64,000 bases of DNA. It comes from Gammaproteobacteria bacterium (GTDB lineage Bacteria; Pseudomonadota; Gammaproteobacteria; Eutrophobiales; Eutrophobiaceae). A model generated the notes under the pieces. That model was not told the origin of the DNA, made no database searches, and saw only the letters and a program-made list of their open reading frames with translations. A program made the translations under genes and the position numbers. Location: positions 4,190-68,189 of the forward strand of contig JAPPLI010000100.1 of the NCBI GenBank assembly GCA_028819495.1, given 5' to 3'. Positions 47,581 through 58,124 of this stretch are shown here, one piece after another (within the stretch, counting starts at the first letter, position 1; each line of letters opens with the position of its first letter).

Positions 47581-48825
47581 TCACCTATTGCCAAAATCAC
47601 AATCACTACGTCCGCATAACTTATCCAGATACCACCGGGTGAATTCACGATTCATTACTTCCTGTTCAGAATAGGGCCCGGGTTGATAGTGAGAAGACAA
47701 TATCCCTGCCTGGTTATTTTCCGTGATAACCGCATCCTGTTTTAACGTGGCATCCCATACCCAGGACACGCGCTCCGGTACATAATCGACCCCTTCCCGG
47801 GCATCTCCATCCACCAGCCATATGGCTTCCACGTCCGTGACCAGTTCGGAAATGGGGGTAAACCGCAATATTACCGCATGGTCATTGGATGCGAGCAGGT
47901 AGTTCAGATAATTGAACGCTACATAGGTCACACCCCCGTCATACTCCCTGAACTTCCCCATCAAAGTCGAAACGGGCCGGCCATCCTGGCTTTCGGTTAA
48001 AAAACCTTCCTTGATTGGCATCCGGATCATCCCTGCGCCATGATCGAACGCACCCTCCAGGCAGGGATGCCCTAATGCCTCAACCTGTTTTTTCCATGCG
48101 TTGAGTTCCACCGCATAGTCCTGGCACGCCGCTTCGGGCCCTGAGCCCACGCCCGCACCGGCGGCCAGTAATTTTAATTCCGAATGCACGGAACAGTATT
48201 CCGGGTGAGCCGGGATGCAATGATAACATTCAATAAAATTCTCCACTACCAGTTTCCAGTTGGCGCGGGTCGGCAGTTCCAGCCGCCGTGCAATTTTTGC
48301 GTTCTCTATACCGTGAAAGGACAGGTAGTTACGGCAATCCCTGCTCGTGTCATCAAGACCGACAGGCTCGTCCGCCAATGACACAAAGATCACGCCGTCA
48401 AGCACCTTGATACGGCAGGCGTGCAGGCCGTACCCCTCCCTGGAAAACTCTTCGGGCATTAATCGTGCAGTACGCAGGCTGCCGTCCAGGTTATAGGTCC
48501 AGGCGTGATAGGGACAGACCAGCGCGGATTTTTTCCCTTCACTGTCCAGACATACCCTCGAACCCCGGTGACGGCAGACATTGTAGTGGGCATGGATATT
48601 GCCGTCCCTGCCGCGTACGATAATGATTTCTTCACCGCAGATCCTGAACAGGAAATAATCCCCGGCGGCAGGAATCCTCGAAACATGGCCGGCCAGGTGC
48701 CATAACCGGTCCAGGACTCTTTCGCGATCAAGCGAAAACACATCCGGGTCGCCGTAAAAGGGCTGCTGCAGCGTGTGGCCGGCTACGTGGCCGCCGACCA
48801 GGTCCTGTATGTTTACTCCCGGCAT
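47581..48825 (-). CDS. Rieske oxygenase alpha subunit (GbcA/Stc2-like amine-oxidising group)
   Basis: CRHRG...CPYHAW Rieske motif; NWKLVVENFIECYHCIPAHP Fe site. Confidence 0.88.
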   Translation of the reverse strand: MPGVNIQDLVGGHVAGHTLQQPFYGDPDVFSLDRERVLDRLWHLAGHVSRIPAAGDYFLFRICGEEIIIVRGRDGNIHAHYNVCRHRGSRVCLDSEGKKSALVCPYHAWTYNLDGSLRTARLMPEEFSREGYGLHACRIKVLDGVIFVSLADEPVGLDDTSRDCRNYLSFHGIENAKIARRLELPTRANWKLVVENFIECYHCIPAHPEYCSVHSELKLLAAGAGVGSGPEAACQDYAVELNAWKKQVEALGHPCLEGAFDHGAGMIRMPIKEGFLTESQDGRPVSTLMGKFREYDGGVTYVAFNYLNYLLASNDHAVILRFTPISELVTDVEAIWLVDGDAREGVDYVPERVSWVWDATLKQDAVITENNQAGILSSHYQPGPYSEQEVMNREFTRWYLDKLCGRSDCDFGNR

Positions 48826-48831
48826 GCGGAT

Positions 48832-50217
48832 TTAACCTGCGCGTTTGCTGAAATCCTGTTGCGCTTTGCCAAACACAACCACCAGGATACCTGCCAGTTC
48901 ATCGACGTTCTCCTTGCTGAACACAAGAGGCGGGGAGATGATCAGGTTTGAACCGACGTTCCTGATCAACAACCCATGTTTCCGCGTCAAGTCCTGAACA
49001 AGTTCAAGAAAGGGATCTCCCGGTATGAAAGATTCCTTTGATGTTTTGTCCGTGACCAGTTCAATGGCCATCATCAGGCCCTTTCCCCTGATGTCACCGA
49101 CAAAATCATAATGAGCCAGCTCATTTTTCAGTTTCGCGAGACAGTAGCTGCCCACCCGCGCGGCATTTGCCGGCAGATCCTCATCCTCCACAATCTGCAA
49201 GGCCGCATTGGCTGCCGCGCAGGCAAGCGGATGACCCGAATAGGTATAGCCATGCAGGATAGCGGCCAGCGGGTGCTCGGAATCCCAGGCCCGGCGCACA
49301 CGTTCATTAACCACCGTTGCGCCCAGCGGGATATAACCGGAGTTGATACCTTTAGCCAGGCACATTATGTCGGGTTTGACGCCCCAGCCGCGGCAGCCGA
49401 ACATGCTGCCGCTACGGCCAAATCCGGTGACGACCTCATCGGCAATTAGCAATACGCCGTATTTGTCGCAGACTTCCCTGACCAGCGGCCAGTAATTATC
49501 CGGCGGCACGATCACGCCGCCGGCGCCCTGTACGGGCTCGGCAATAAAGGCAGCGACCGTATGCGGGCCCTGGTGCAGGATCTCCCGTTCCAGCAGGTCG
49601 GCGCAGATCTTTCCCAGTTCTTCAGGATCTTCCGACCAGGGATTGCGGTACAACCAGGGGGTGTCAACCTGGAAACAACCGGGGAGAACCGGCTCATACA
49701 TGGAGCGAAAGTACATCTGGCCGCCGATGGACGTACCACCGAAATGTACCCCGTGATACCCCTGTTTCAGGGAGATAAACTTGGTTCGTTGCGCTTCACC
49801 GGACAGTTTCCAGTATTGGCGGGCCAGTTTCAGCGCGGTCTCGTTGGCATCAGAGCCGCCGGAACTGAAGAAAACCCGTTGCATGTCCTCAGGAGAGAGC
49901 ATGCGTATCAATCGCTCTGCGAGTTCCATGACCGGCAGGTTGCTGGTGTCGCCGAAGGTGGTGTAGTAAGGGAGTTTATCCAGTTGCGCCTTGATGGCTT
50001 CCTTCACCTCTTTACGCCCGTGTCCGACATTGACGCACCATAACCCCCCCTGGGAATCCAGGTAGCGCCTGCCTTCGGTGTCAAAGATATATACGCCCTG
50101 GGCGCGTTCGAATACCAGGGGTGTTGACTGTTCGGCCGTCTTCGGGTCGGCCATGGGATGCCAGTGACTGGGTGTGGTCGCTTGCTCGTCTAACGATGCC
50201 AGGTTCTTCATATTCAC
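48832..50217 (-). CDS. Class III (omega) aminotransferase
   Basis: GLWCVNVGHGR, SGGSDANETA, AEPVQGAGG, DEVVTGFGR, AKGINSGY, HGYTYSGHP. Confidence 0.93.
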   Translation of the reverse strand: MNMKNLASLDEQATTPSHWHPMADPKTAEQSTPLVFERAQGVYIFDTEGRRYLDSQGGLWCVNVGHGRKEVKEAIKAQLDKLPYYTTFGDTSNLPVMELAERLIRMLSPEDMQRVFFSSGGSDANETALKLARQYWKLSGEAQRTKFISLKQGYHGVHFGGTSIGGQMYFRSMYEPVLPGCFQVDTPWLYRNPWSEDPEELGKICADLLEREILHQGPHTVAAFIAEPVQGAGGVIVPPDNYWPLVREVCDKYGVLLIADEVVTGFGRSGSMFGCRGWGVKPDIMCLAKGINSGYIPLGATVVNERVRRAWDSEHPLAAILHGYTYSGHPLACAAANAALQIVEDEDLPANAARVGSYCLAKLKNELAHYDFVGDIRGKGLMMAIELVTDKTSKESFIPGDPFLELVQDLTRKHGLLIRNVGSNLIISPPLVFSKENVDELAGILVVVFGKAQQDFSKRAG

Positions 50218-51894
50218 TTACCTTTGATTTGCATTGCATGGCGCAGCTTGATCGGCGTCGGGTTTCACCGCATCGCCCGCCGTTTGCTTCAGCCTGCGTT
50301 TATCGGGTTTGTTGTTGGGCAGCAGCGGTAATGATGTTTCTATCACCACCTGCTTCGGGATCTTGTAATTGGCGAGATACCGCCGGCAATGATCCAGCAG
50401 GATTTGTTCTGCGGCGGTTTGTCCCGGCGCCAGGGTCACGAAAGCATGGCCGACCTCACCGTAAACCGGATCAGGCACGCCGACGACACAGGCAAGGTTA
50501 ACCGCCGGATGAGCTTCGAGCGCCTGTTCAATCTCCTTCGGGTACACGTTATAACCGCCCGACTTGTACATATCGGATAAACGTCCGACCAATATGATAT
50601 TGCCGTCGTCGCGTTTAACGGCCACGTCTTTCGTGTGCAGCCACCCTTCATCATCTATGGCTTGCCCGGTGGCTTCGGGCAGACGCCAGTACTCTTTCAT
50701 GATAAACGGACCGCGAATAAGAATTTCACCGGGTTCGCCTTTGCGCACTTCCTCACCGCGCTCATCGACCAGGCGAAATTCACAATCATCCAGCGGCTTG
50801 CCGACACTCTCCGCCAGCAGGTCAACATCATTGGTCGAGGGGATCGCCGTTACCGCGCCGGCAGCTTCGGTCAGGGCATACATGGTGGTAACGGCAGGAC
50901 AGATTTCCTGTATCAGCCGCTCCAGCAGGGGTTTCGATGCAGTCCCTCCACTGCAGGAAATTTCCTTGATTGAGGATAGGTCCGTGGTGGAAAAATCGGG
51001 GTGGTCCAGCACTTTCTGCAGCATGACGGGCACCCCGCCCCAGACGCTGATACGCTTCTCTTCAATCGTCCGGAGCACTGCTTCAGGGTCGAATTTTTCC
51101 AGGTAATAGCCCGTGCCCCCGGTAACCAGGCAGTACACCGAACAGGCGATGATGCCGGCAATATGATTGATGGGATACGGGTTAATCATCCTGACGGCGC
51201 CGGGTGAACGTAGTGATACCTGTACATGGGAATGACGGATGGCGCCGTAATGATGCAACACGGCCCCTTTCGGTTTGCCCGTCGTCCCGGAGGTATAGAC
51301 GAGAAAGGCCGCATCCATACTCCTGACACTGCTTTGAGCAGCCGCGAGGTCGGTAGCGCCGACATTGTTGCCGTGCAAAAGGAAAGCGCTGTAACTGATG
51401 TCAGGCGGGTGCGTAAAATCACTGCCAAGTACGATCAGTTGTTTGACGCTCCGGACGCTGCCGCAGATGGAATGCAACTCGTCACGGTATCGACGCTTAT
51501 CAATCCGGGTCCTGGCAAAGATGACGGACGGTTCCGCATCGGCGATCACGTGCTCCAGTTCGGCGCGGCTGTAACGGGGGTTCAGGCCCAGCCAGACCCC
51601 GCCGATCATCGTTGTCGCCAGCAAAATGATGAAGTAATCGGGATGCGGCGGTGATAGTGTCGCCACCCGGTCTCCCTTCCTGATACCCAGCGCCAGCAAG
51701 GCCCTGGCGCACTTCTCCACGCTTTCACGCAGGTCCGCATAGGATTGCATGGATTCCCCGATACCGACGGCCTCCTTTCCCGGCATCGTTTCAGCATGCA
51801 GGTAAAGATAATCAGTAATGAGTTTATCCTGAAACTCTGCCGGATTGATGTTCATGGCCGCCATCCGATCTTCATTATAAACAATGGAAAGCAC
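50218..51894 (-). CDS. Acyl/aryl-CoA ligase (AMP-binding)
   Basis: YTSGTTGKPKG, YALTE, SGGYNVYPKEIE; true start probably about 30 nt downstream. Confidence 0.9.
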   Translation of the reverse strand: MLSIVYNEDRMAAMNINPAEFQDKLITDYLYLHAETMPGKEAVGIGESMQSYADLRESVEKCARALLALGIRKGDRVATLSPPHPDYFIILLATTMIGGVWLGLNPRYSRAELEHVIADAEPSVIFARTRIDKRRYRDELHSICGSVRSVKQLIVLGSDFTHPPDISYSAFLLHGNNVGATDLAAAQSSVRSMDAAFLVYTSGTTGKPKGAVLHHYGAIRHSHVQVSLRSPGAVRMINPYPINHIAGIIACSVYCLVTGGTGYYLEKFDPEAVLRTIEEKRISVWGGVPVMLQKVLDHPDFSTTDLSSIKEISCSGGTASKPLLERLIQEICPAVTTMYALTEAAGAVTAIPSTNDVDLLAESVGKPLDDCEFRLVDERGEEVRKGEPGEILIRGPFIMKEYWRLPEATGQAIDDEGWLHTKDVAVKRDDGNIILVGRLSDMYKSGGYNVYPKEIEQALEAHPAVNLACVVGVPDPVYGEVGHAFVTLAPGQTAAEQILLDHCRRYLANYKIPKQVVIETSLPLLPNNKPDKRRLKQTAGDAVKPDADQAAPCNANQR

Positions 51895-51924
51895 GGGAAC
51901 GGGGGGAACCTTGTCGATGAATAT

Positions 51925-53892
51925 TCAGATCAGGCCCAGCGCCTGGCGTGCGGCCCGCTCCCCTTCTTCCACGCCGCGTGACCAGAGTTGCTGGCCGGAA
52001 AGTTCGGAGTGGCCAATGGTGATGCGGCCGTAACCCTGACGGATAATATCGCGCGGCGCCGGGGCGCCGTTTTTCCCGAAATAAAACCCCGGCTGAGGCG
52101 CGATGTAAGCATGTCCCCACCTGTTCAGGATAATCGCGGCTATGTCCCGTTTCGCATCAAATCCAGCCATACCGAATAATTTCTGCATCTGCCTGCGCAC
52201 CTGGATCTCGACATCACGGTAACTGCTGGCAAACAACTGGTTGCGGCCGATTATTGTCTGCGCCTGCAGCGGCATTCCCGGGTTGAGATACGGCACATAA
52301 AATGTCAGTATAGTGGGTTTGCCCGGATCCAACGGGTCTGCCGTACCGTCGATGACCATTTGTCGCCGCAGGTTGGTGTACCAGCCAAAGCCACTGAACC
52401 ACTGGGCTGCAGAGATTCCCAGACGCTCCATAAATTGCCAGTTTCGTACCGCCACGTTCACCGTTAATATCGGCGCGTGGTAGAACTGTTGATAGGCGTC
52501 CCTGTGCGGCTTCGGCAGGTCGCGCAGGATATGCTTGTTGACCCAGCCGCCACTGGCCATCACAACCGAGCGCGCCCTGGCCCGGTAGTGCTTTCCGCCC
52601 TTGTGATAGATCACGTTTACCGCATCGGACTTGTCCGGTTTACCGTTATGTTCGACGTGGACCGCCGTGGCATCAAGACGAATTCGTGTCTGTTGTCCGG
52701 GCCGGTCAAGTGCCTGCCAGTTCACTTTACCCCATAACACGTCCTTCAGATCGCTGCCGCCGGCAATGGCTTCCGGTAACATGGCTTTGACGAAATGACG
52801 CGCGGTACCGGTATTGCCGCCGGGCCAGCTCACCAGGGTAATCTGATGGACATCACCAGGATCAATACCCCGGGATTCATAATAACGGTCGGTATAGGCG
52901 CGCACACCGGGCAGGTAGAAATCAAAGCCCGTGTATGCGGATACCTGATCGCCGCCCAGGCCGCCTCCCGAAACGGCAAAAGCCTTATCGACAAAGGGCA
53001 TTACTTCGGGTGAACAAGCCAGTTCCCGGGTAATAAAATCCCGGTAAGTCATGGAATCCAGCCACGGCTCCCAGTCATCCCGTTCCGGCGGCGTAAAATA
53101 ATTTTCCAGGCGCATCAGGTCCTGTTTCACCTTGTCGGTCAACGGCGCATCCTTGAAGTCATTCGCCCAGGGATTGATGATCCATTCTCCGCCCTGATCG
53201 TTGTCGAAGAAATAACCGGTGGTCGCGCCGCCCCGATCACTGTACATGGACGTATAGTGGTCTGCTGGGACGGCCAACTGGTGTTTACTGCCCGTGACTT
53301 CCTGGAAGTCAAAGGAATCAGGCAAGCCCAGTTCATGCCAGTAACGGTGGAACAAACCGTATTTCCCGGCGTATTTCGGCGGCCAGATCATGCCGTTGGA
53401 ACCCTGCGGCGCGGTCAGGTGGACACCGTCCACCTCGAATTCGTTCTGTTTCGCTTCTCCCCCGAAGATGGAATGATTATCCAGCAGCAGACAGGACTGG
53501 TTTTTTTCCGCTTCCCGGGTAAAGGTGTAGGCGGCTCCCAGACCGGCGAACCCGCCGCCCACTATCACCATATCAAAGGTTTCCCCGGTATCTTCGGCGT
53601 GACGGACCGAGGATTGATAACGGCCGTCACGGATACCATGGGCGACATTGACGACCTCGGCGGTATTGCCGTTGGACCTTGCGTAGTCACCGATACCGCC
53701 GTAGCCGGTCCAGGCTTCGCCCACGTCAGGGAGCGTGGCCTGGGCAGAGGCCGAACGCAATAATCCCGGCGCCTGCATGCCCAGGAGCGCCGCGCCGCTA
53801 CCGATCAGGCCGGTATTGATAAAATCCCGACGGGTGATATCGGCTCCCAGTCCCAGAGCGTCCAATTCATGGGCGTTCCTGTGTTTATTCAT
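51925..53892 (-). CDS. Spermidine dehydrogenase-like (SpdH) Tat-exported flavoprotein
   Basis: LGADITRRDFIN, VGGGFAG, DNHSIFGGEAKQNEF, NRWGHAY. Confidence 0.78.
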   Translation of the reverse strand: MNKHRNAHELDALGLGADITRRDFINTGLIGSGAALLGMQAPGLLRSASAQATLPDVGEAWTGYGGIGDYARSNGNTAEVVNVAHGIRDGRYQSSVRHAEDTGETFDMVIVGGGFAGLGAAYTFTREAEKNQSCLLLDNHSIFGGEAKQNEFEVDGVHLTAPQGSNGMIWPPKYAGKYGLFHRYWHELGLPDSFDFQEVTGSKHQLAVPADHYTSMYSDRGGATTGYFFDNDQGGEWIINPWANDFKDAPLTDKVKQDLMRLENYFTPPERDDWEPWLDSMTYRDFITRELACSPEVMPFVDKAFAVSGGGLGGDQVSAYTGFDFYLPGVRAYTDRYYESRGIDPGDVHQITLVSWPGGNTGTARHFVKAMLPEAIAGGSDLKDVLWGKVNWQALDRPGQQTRIRLDATAVHVEHNGKPDKSDAVNVIYHKGGKHYRARARSVVMASGGWVNKHILRDLPKPHRDAYQQFYHAPILTVNVAVRNWQFMERLGISAAQWFSGFGWYTNLRRQMVIDGTADPLDPGKPTILTFYVPYLNPGMPLQAQTIIGRNQLFASSYRDVEIQVRRQMQKLFGMAGFDAKRDIAAIILNRWGHAYIAPQPGFYFGKNGAPAPRDIIRQGYGRITIGHSELSGQQLWSRGVEEGERAARQALGLI

Positions 53893-53943
53893 CTCTGATA
53901 GACTCCACCAAGTGTTGCAATATTACAAACCCGCGTGTTTTTA

Positions 53944-54009
53944 TTGACACGCCATAACTAATTCTATAATATTATGAACGTATAACGCTCATTTGTACGT
54001 TATGCGCAC
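53944..54009 (+). promoter_or_regulatory. Sigma70 promoter plus tandem IclR-type operators for the TBDR operon
   Basis: TTGACA-N17-TAATAT; GAACG-N5-CGCTC (53976-53990) and GTACG-N5-CGCAC (53995-54009). Confidence 0.55.
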
Positions 54010-54068
54010 ATTTTAGTGTAACAGATTTTTTTCGGAATTACGAGAAGCACATTCGGGGATCTAAAATC

Positions 54069-56346
54069 ATGAAGTTACGTCTTATTTCATCAGTAACAAC
54101 AAAATTTGCAACAGGCTTGCTGATCTGTATGGGTCTGCTGGGCTCATCCGTATATTCGGCCGTCCTTGACGAGATCGTGGTGACCGCGCAAAAACGCGAA
54201 CAAAGCCTGCAGGACGTGGGCATTTCCGTAACTGCTTTCAGCGGCGACCAGATCCGGGAACTGGGTTATACCAATACCATTGATATTGCCCAGCAGACGC
54301 CCGCGTTGAACATCATTCAGTTTCACCCCACCCTGACCACGTTGGTGATCCGCGGCATCTCACAGAACGATTTCGCTGACCACCTCGAAGCCCCCATTGC
54401 GACGTACGTGGACGAGACCTATGTCAGCGCCATGGGCGCGGCCCACGTGCAGATGTTTGACCTTGAACGCGTCGAGGTGCTGCGCGGCCCGCAAGGTACC
54501 TTGTTCGGGCGCAACGCGACCGGCGGCCTGATACACTACATCAGCCGCAGGCCCACCGAAGAATTCGAGGGTTACGGCGAATTTACCTACGGCTCCTACA
54601 ACCAGACCAAATGGGAAGGCGCGCTGGGCGGACCAATAACGCAAAACCTGCTGGGGCGCTTCTCTTTCGCAGGCAACTTTCACGACGGCGTGGCGGAGAA
54701 CCGCATCGGCCCGGACCTGCGCGAATCGGAAGCCTACGCCTTGCGCGGGCAGCTCGAATTCCGCGCCACGGATAATTTCACGCTCAACCTGAAAGCGCAT
54801 TTCTCGGAAGACGATTCCCTGGGCAACGCCTACACCAGCACGCCGATACGCGGCAACGAGGACGGGCTTGGAGTCAGGCTCGGCCCGGATGAAAATGCGT
54901 ACGGTACCTGCCCCGGCTGCGATCCTAACGGCTTCAGGGACCCTGATGACGATCCGTTTACCGGCTCATACGAGCACAGCGGTGAATTCCGGCGCGGCAT
55001 CGCGGGGTTCACCGGAAAAATGACCCTGGACGTGGGAGAAGCGACGACGCTGACCCTGATTGCCGATTACCTGCAGATGAATAAAAACTACTCGGAAGAC
55101 ACCGACGGCACGCCCATTGATTATCACGCCCATTGATTATTTCGTGTACGCAACCGACCAGGACTTTGAGCAGACCTCCTACGAGTTCCGGGTAAACAGT
55201 GCAGCGGGAGACAATCTGCGCTGGACCGGAGGGCTCTATTACCTGGATATTGAGCATACCGGCAACCGCAACGTGTATGTGTTTTCCTACTTTTACGAAG
55301 GGCAAGCCACCGACGATGTGAAAACCGATTCCTGGGCCGCCTTCGGCCATGTGGAATACGACTTCAACGATAAGTGGAACGTTATCGGCGCGCTCAGGTA
55401 TACAGCCGATGACAAAGACATCACTTTCACCGCAACGGACATCATTGAGGTCTTTGGTGGTGTTCTGGGCCATTATGATCTATCGGCTGACCCGGATCCG
55501 GCCACCGACCTGTTTGACCAGGAATATGAGAACGTCTCGGCCAGATTCGAGATAGACTGGCGCCCGTTTGCAGACACCCTGGTGTTTGTCAGCTTCAACC
55601 GCGGCCATAAAGGCGGCAACGCGCGCACTTCGGCAGCGGGGTTGCCGAATTTTGAGGCTCAGCCCCTGCCGACCTGGCCGCACGATGAAGAAGTGCTGCA
55701 CAGCTGGGAGGCCGGCGTCAAAACCACCTTCTGGAACGGACGGGCGCGCCTGAACGCCAACGTGTTTTACTACGATTACAAGGATTACCAGGCCTTTATT
55801 GCACTACCGGTGCCGGAAGAAGAGCGCCAGATCGGCGACCTTGCCGCATTGACCATCATCAACCTTGACGCCGAGGCCGTGGGGTCAGAGATCGAGTTGA
55901 GCCTGGCGCCGGCCGAAGGCTGGGATTTCCGTTTCGGCGTGTCCCTCATGGACAGTGAGGTGAAGGACGTGCTGCTGCCCAGCGGGCGTCTCATTGACAG
56001 CGACTTGCCGTATGCCCCGACTTTTGCCATGAATGGATTGGCACGTTATCAATGGCCGGCCCTGGGCGGGACCATGGCGCTGCAGGCGGATTTCACCTAT
56101 TCCGACAGTTTCTGTTTTACCGTAGTGTGCGGCCCCATAGATGTAGAAGGCTCGTATACTATCGGTAATTTTCGCGCGAGCTACACCAGCGCCGATGAAC
56201 GCTGGCGGCTGGCCGCGTTCGTCAATAACGTAAGTGACACGGCGTACCGGTTATATTCCCTGGATATCAATGCGCTGGGCATCGCCAACGACGCCTTCGC
56301 CAACCCGCGCTGGGCCGGCGGCACCATCACCTTTAACTGGCAGTAA
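54069..56346 (+). pseudogene. TonB-dependent receptor frameshifted by a 16-bp tandem duplication
   Basis: N-half ORF 54069-55136 and C-half ORF 55117-56346; CACGCCCATTGATTAT occurs twice at 55109-55140; removing one copy restores DTDGTPIDYFVYATD. Confidence 0.9.
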
Positions 56347-56358
56347 GAACGAACAGGT

Positions 56359-56476
56359 TCTGGGGTCAGAGTATGCATACTCTGACCCCAGATGTCCCGA
56401 CCCCGTAAATCCATGGGTACAAACAGATTTATCGGGGTCAGAGTAAGAATTTCGCCAGAAATTTTACTCTGACCCC
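56359..56476. repeat. Short perfect family A palindrome plus a 43-bp copy
   Basis: TCTGGGGTCAGAGTATGCATACTCTGACCCCAGA (56359-56392) and 56434-56476. Confidence 0.92.
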
Positions 56477-56493
56477 ATATATCGCACGCAAGC

Positions 56494-58083
56494 ATGAACA
56501 CAACGTATGATGCCGTCATCATCGGCGCGGGACACAACGGCCTGACCTGCGCCAACTACCTGGCGCGTAAAGGGCTGAAGGTGAAAGTGGTCGAACGCCG
56601 CCACGTGGTCGGCGGCGCGGTCGTCACCGAGGAGTTCCATCCCGGCTACCGCAACTCCACCTGTTCCTATGCGGTAAGCCTGCTCAATCCGAAGGTGATC
56701 CGCGATCTGGAACTGCAGAAATACGGACTGGAGATAAAAGACAGGGAATTTACTGCCCTGGTACTGGGTTCAAAAGATTCTTATTTGTTCATCGATAGCA
56801 ATCTCGAACAGTTCTTTGCGCAGTTACGCCAGGCCTGTCCGGGAGATGACGAGGCTTACCGCGAATACGAGACGGTGATCCAGCAGGTTGCGGACGTACT
56901 GCGGGATGTAGTGCTGAAAACGCCGCCGAATATCGGTGGCGGATTAACGGACCTGTGGCGCGCCGGGAAACTGGCCAACAGGATGCGGCGGCTGGATCCT
57001 GCAATGCAACGGGAAACGATCAAGCTGTTCACCATGAGTGTGGGCGACTACCTGAAACAGTGGTTCAACGGGGACCTGATACTCGCGCTGGAAAGCTATA
57101 TCGCCATGGTGGGAAACATGCAGTCGGTTTACGCCGGCGGTTCGGCCTACGTGTTGCTGCACCACATGTTCGGTGAAGTGAACGGGAAGAAGGGAGCCTG
57201 GGGACACGTTACAGGCGGGATGGGCGGCATCACCCAGGCGATGGCGAAGTCCGCCGAGGCGCAGGGCGTCGAGATTGAGGTCAGCGCGCCCGTCAAGGAA
57301 GTCATCGTGAAAAACAATCGGGCCGGTGGCGTCAGGCTGGAAGACGGGCGGGAAATTCATGCAAAAGTCACGGCCGCGAACGTCAACCCGAAGTTGCTGT
57401 TCCAGAAACTGGTGAACCGGGAAGATGTGGATGCGGATTTCAGACGCCAGATTAATCACTACCGCTGCGTGTCAGGCACGTTCCGCATGAACGTGGCGCT
57501 GGATGAACTGCCGCGTTTCCGTTGCCTCGACGGGAAACCGGATTACGAGCGTTACCTGCAGGGAAGCGTGTTTGTCACCAACTCTATGCAGTACAACGAA
57601 CGAGCTTACCAGGACGCCGTGAACCTGGGCTGGTCGCAAAAACCCATCGTCCACATGATGGTTCCCTCACTGTATGATGATTCCCTGGCGCCGGAAGGCA
57701 AACACGTGGCCAGCATGTTCTGCCAGCATTTCAACCCGCAACTGCCTGACGGCAAATCCTGGGACGATGTCAGGGAACAGGTCGCGGATTTAATCATCGA
57801 TACCGTCAACGACTACGCCCCCAATTTCAGGCAGGCCGTCATCGGTCGTATGGCGCTCAGTCCGCTGGACCTGGAACGGGAGTTCGGACTGACGGGCGGC
57901 GATATCTTCCACGGCTGCGTCCAGCCGGATCAATTGTTCTCATTAAGACCCGTAGCCGGGTATGCCGATTACCGGATGCCGGTTAAGGGGCTTTACCTGT
58001 GCGGCTCCGGCGCACACCCGGGCGGCGGTGTTACCGGCTGTCCGGGACATAACGCCGCGCGTGAGATCCTGAAGGATATCTAG
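56494..58083 (+). CDS. Phytoene-desaturase-like FAD oxidoreductase (PYROXD2-like)
   Basis: IGAGHNGL, GGAVVTEE, GGMGGIT, GLTGGDIFHG, GSGAHPGGGVTG. Confidence 0.88.
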   Translation: MNTTYDAVIIGAGHNGLTCANYLARKGLKVKVVERRHVVGGAVVTEEFHPGYRNSTCSYAVSLLNPKVIRDLELQKYGLEIKDREFTALVLGSKDSYLFIDSNLEQFFAQLRQACPGDDEAYREYETVIQQVADVLRDVVLKTPPNIGGGLTDLWRAGKLANRMRRLDPAMQRETIKLFTMSVGDYLKQWFNGDLILALESYIAMVGNMQSVYAGGSAYVLLHHMFGEVNGKKGAWGHVTGGMGGITQAMAKSAEAQGVEIEVSAPVKEVIVKNNRAGGVRLEDGREIHAKVTAANVNPKLLFQKLVNREDVDADFRRQINHYRCVSGTFRMNVALDELPRFRCLDGKPDYERYLQGSVFVTNSMQYNERAYQDAVNLGWSQKPIVHMMVPSLYDDSLAPEGKHVASMFCQHFNPQLPDGKSWDDVREQVADLIIDTVNDYAPNFRQAVIGRMALSPLDLEREFGLTGGDIFHGCVQPDQLFSLRPVAGYADYRMPVKGLYLCGSGAHPGGGVTGCPGHNAAREILKDI

Positions 58084-58124
58084 TCTTTCGTTATGAACTG
58101 CCCGGTTCGATATTCGGTTGAAAG

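Noticed and set aside
55117-56346. Separate 409-aa gene or programmed ribosomal frameshift
   Set aside because: It is the C-terminal barrel half of the TBDR; the break is explained by the 16-bp duplication and no slippery motif is evident
11940-56476. Family A repeats as ordinary Rho-independent terminators or integron attC sites
   Set aside because: They occur between divergent, convergent and tandem genes with no consistent U-tract; there are no RYYYAAC/GTTRRRY cores and no integrase
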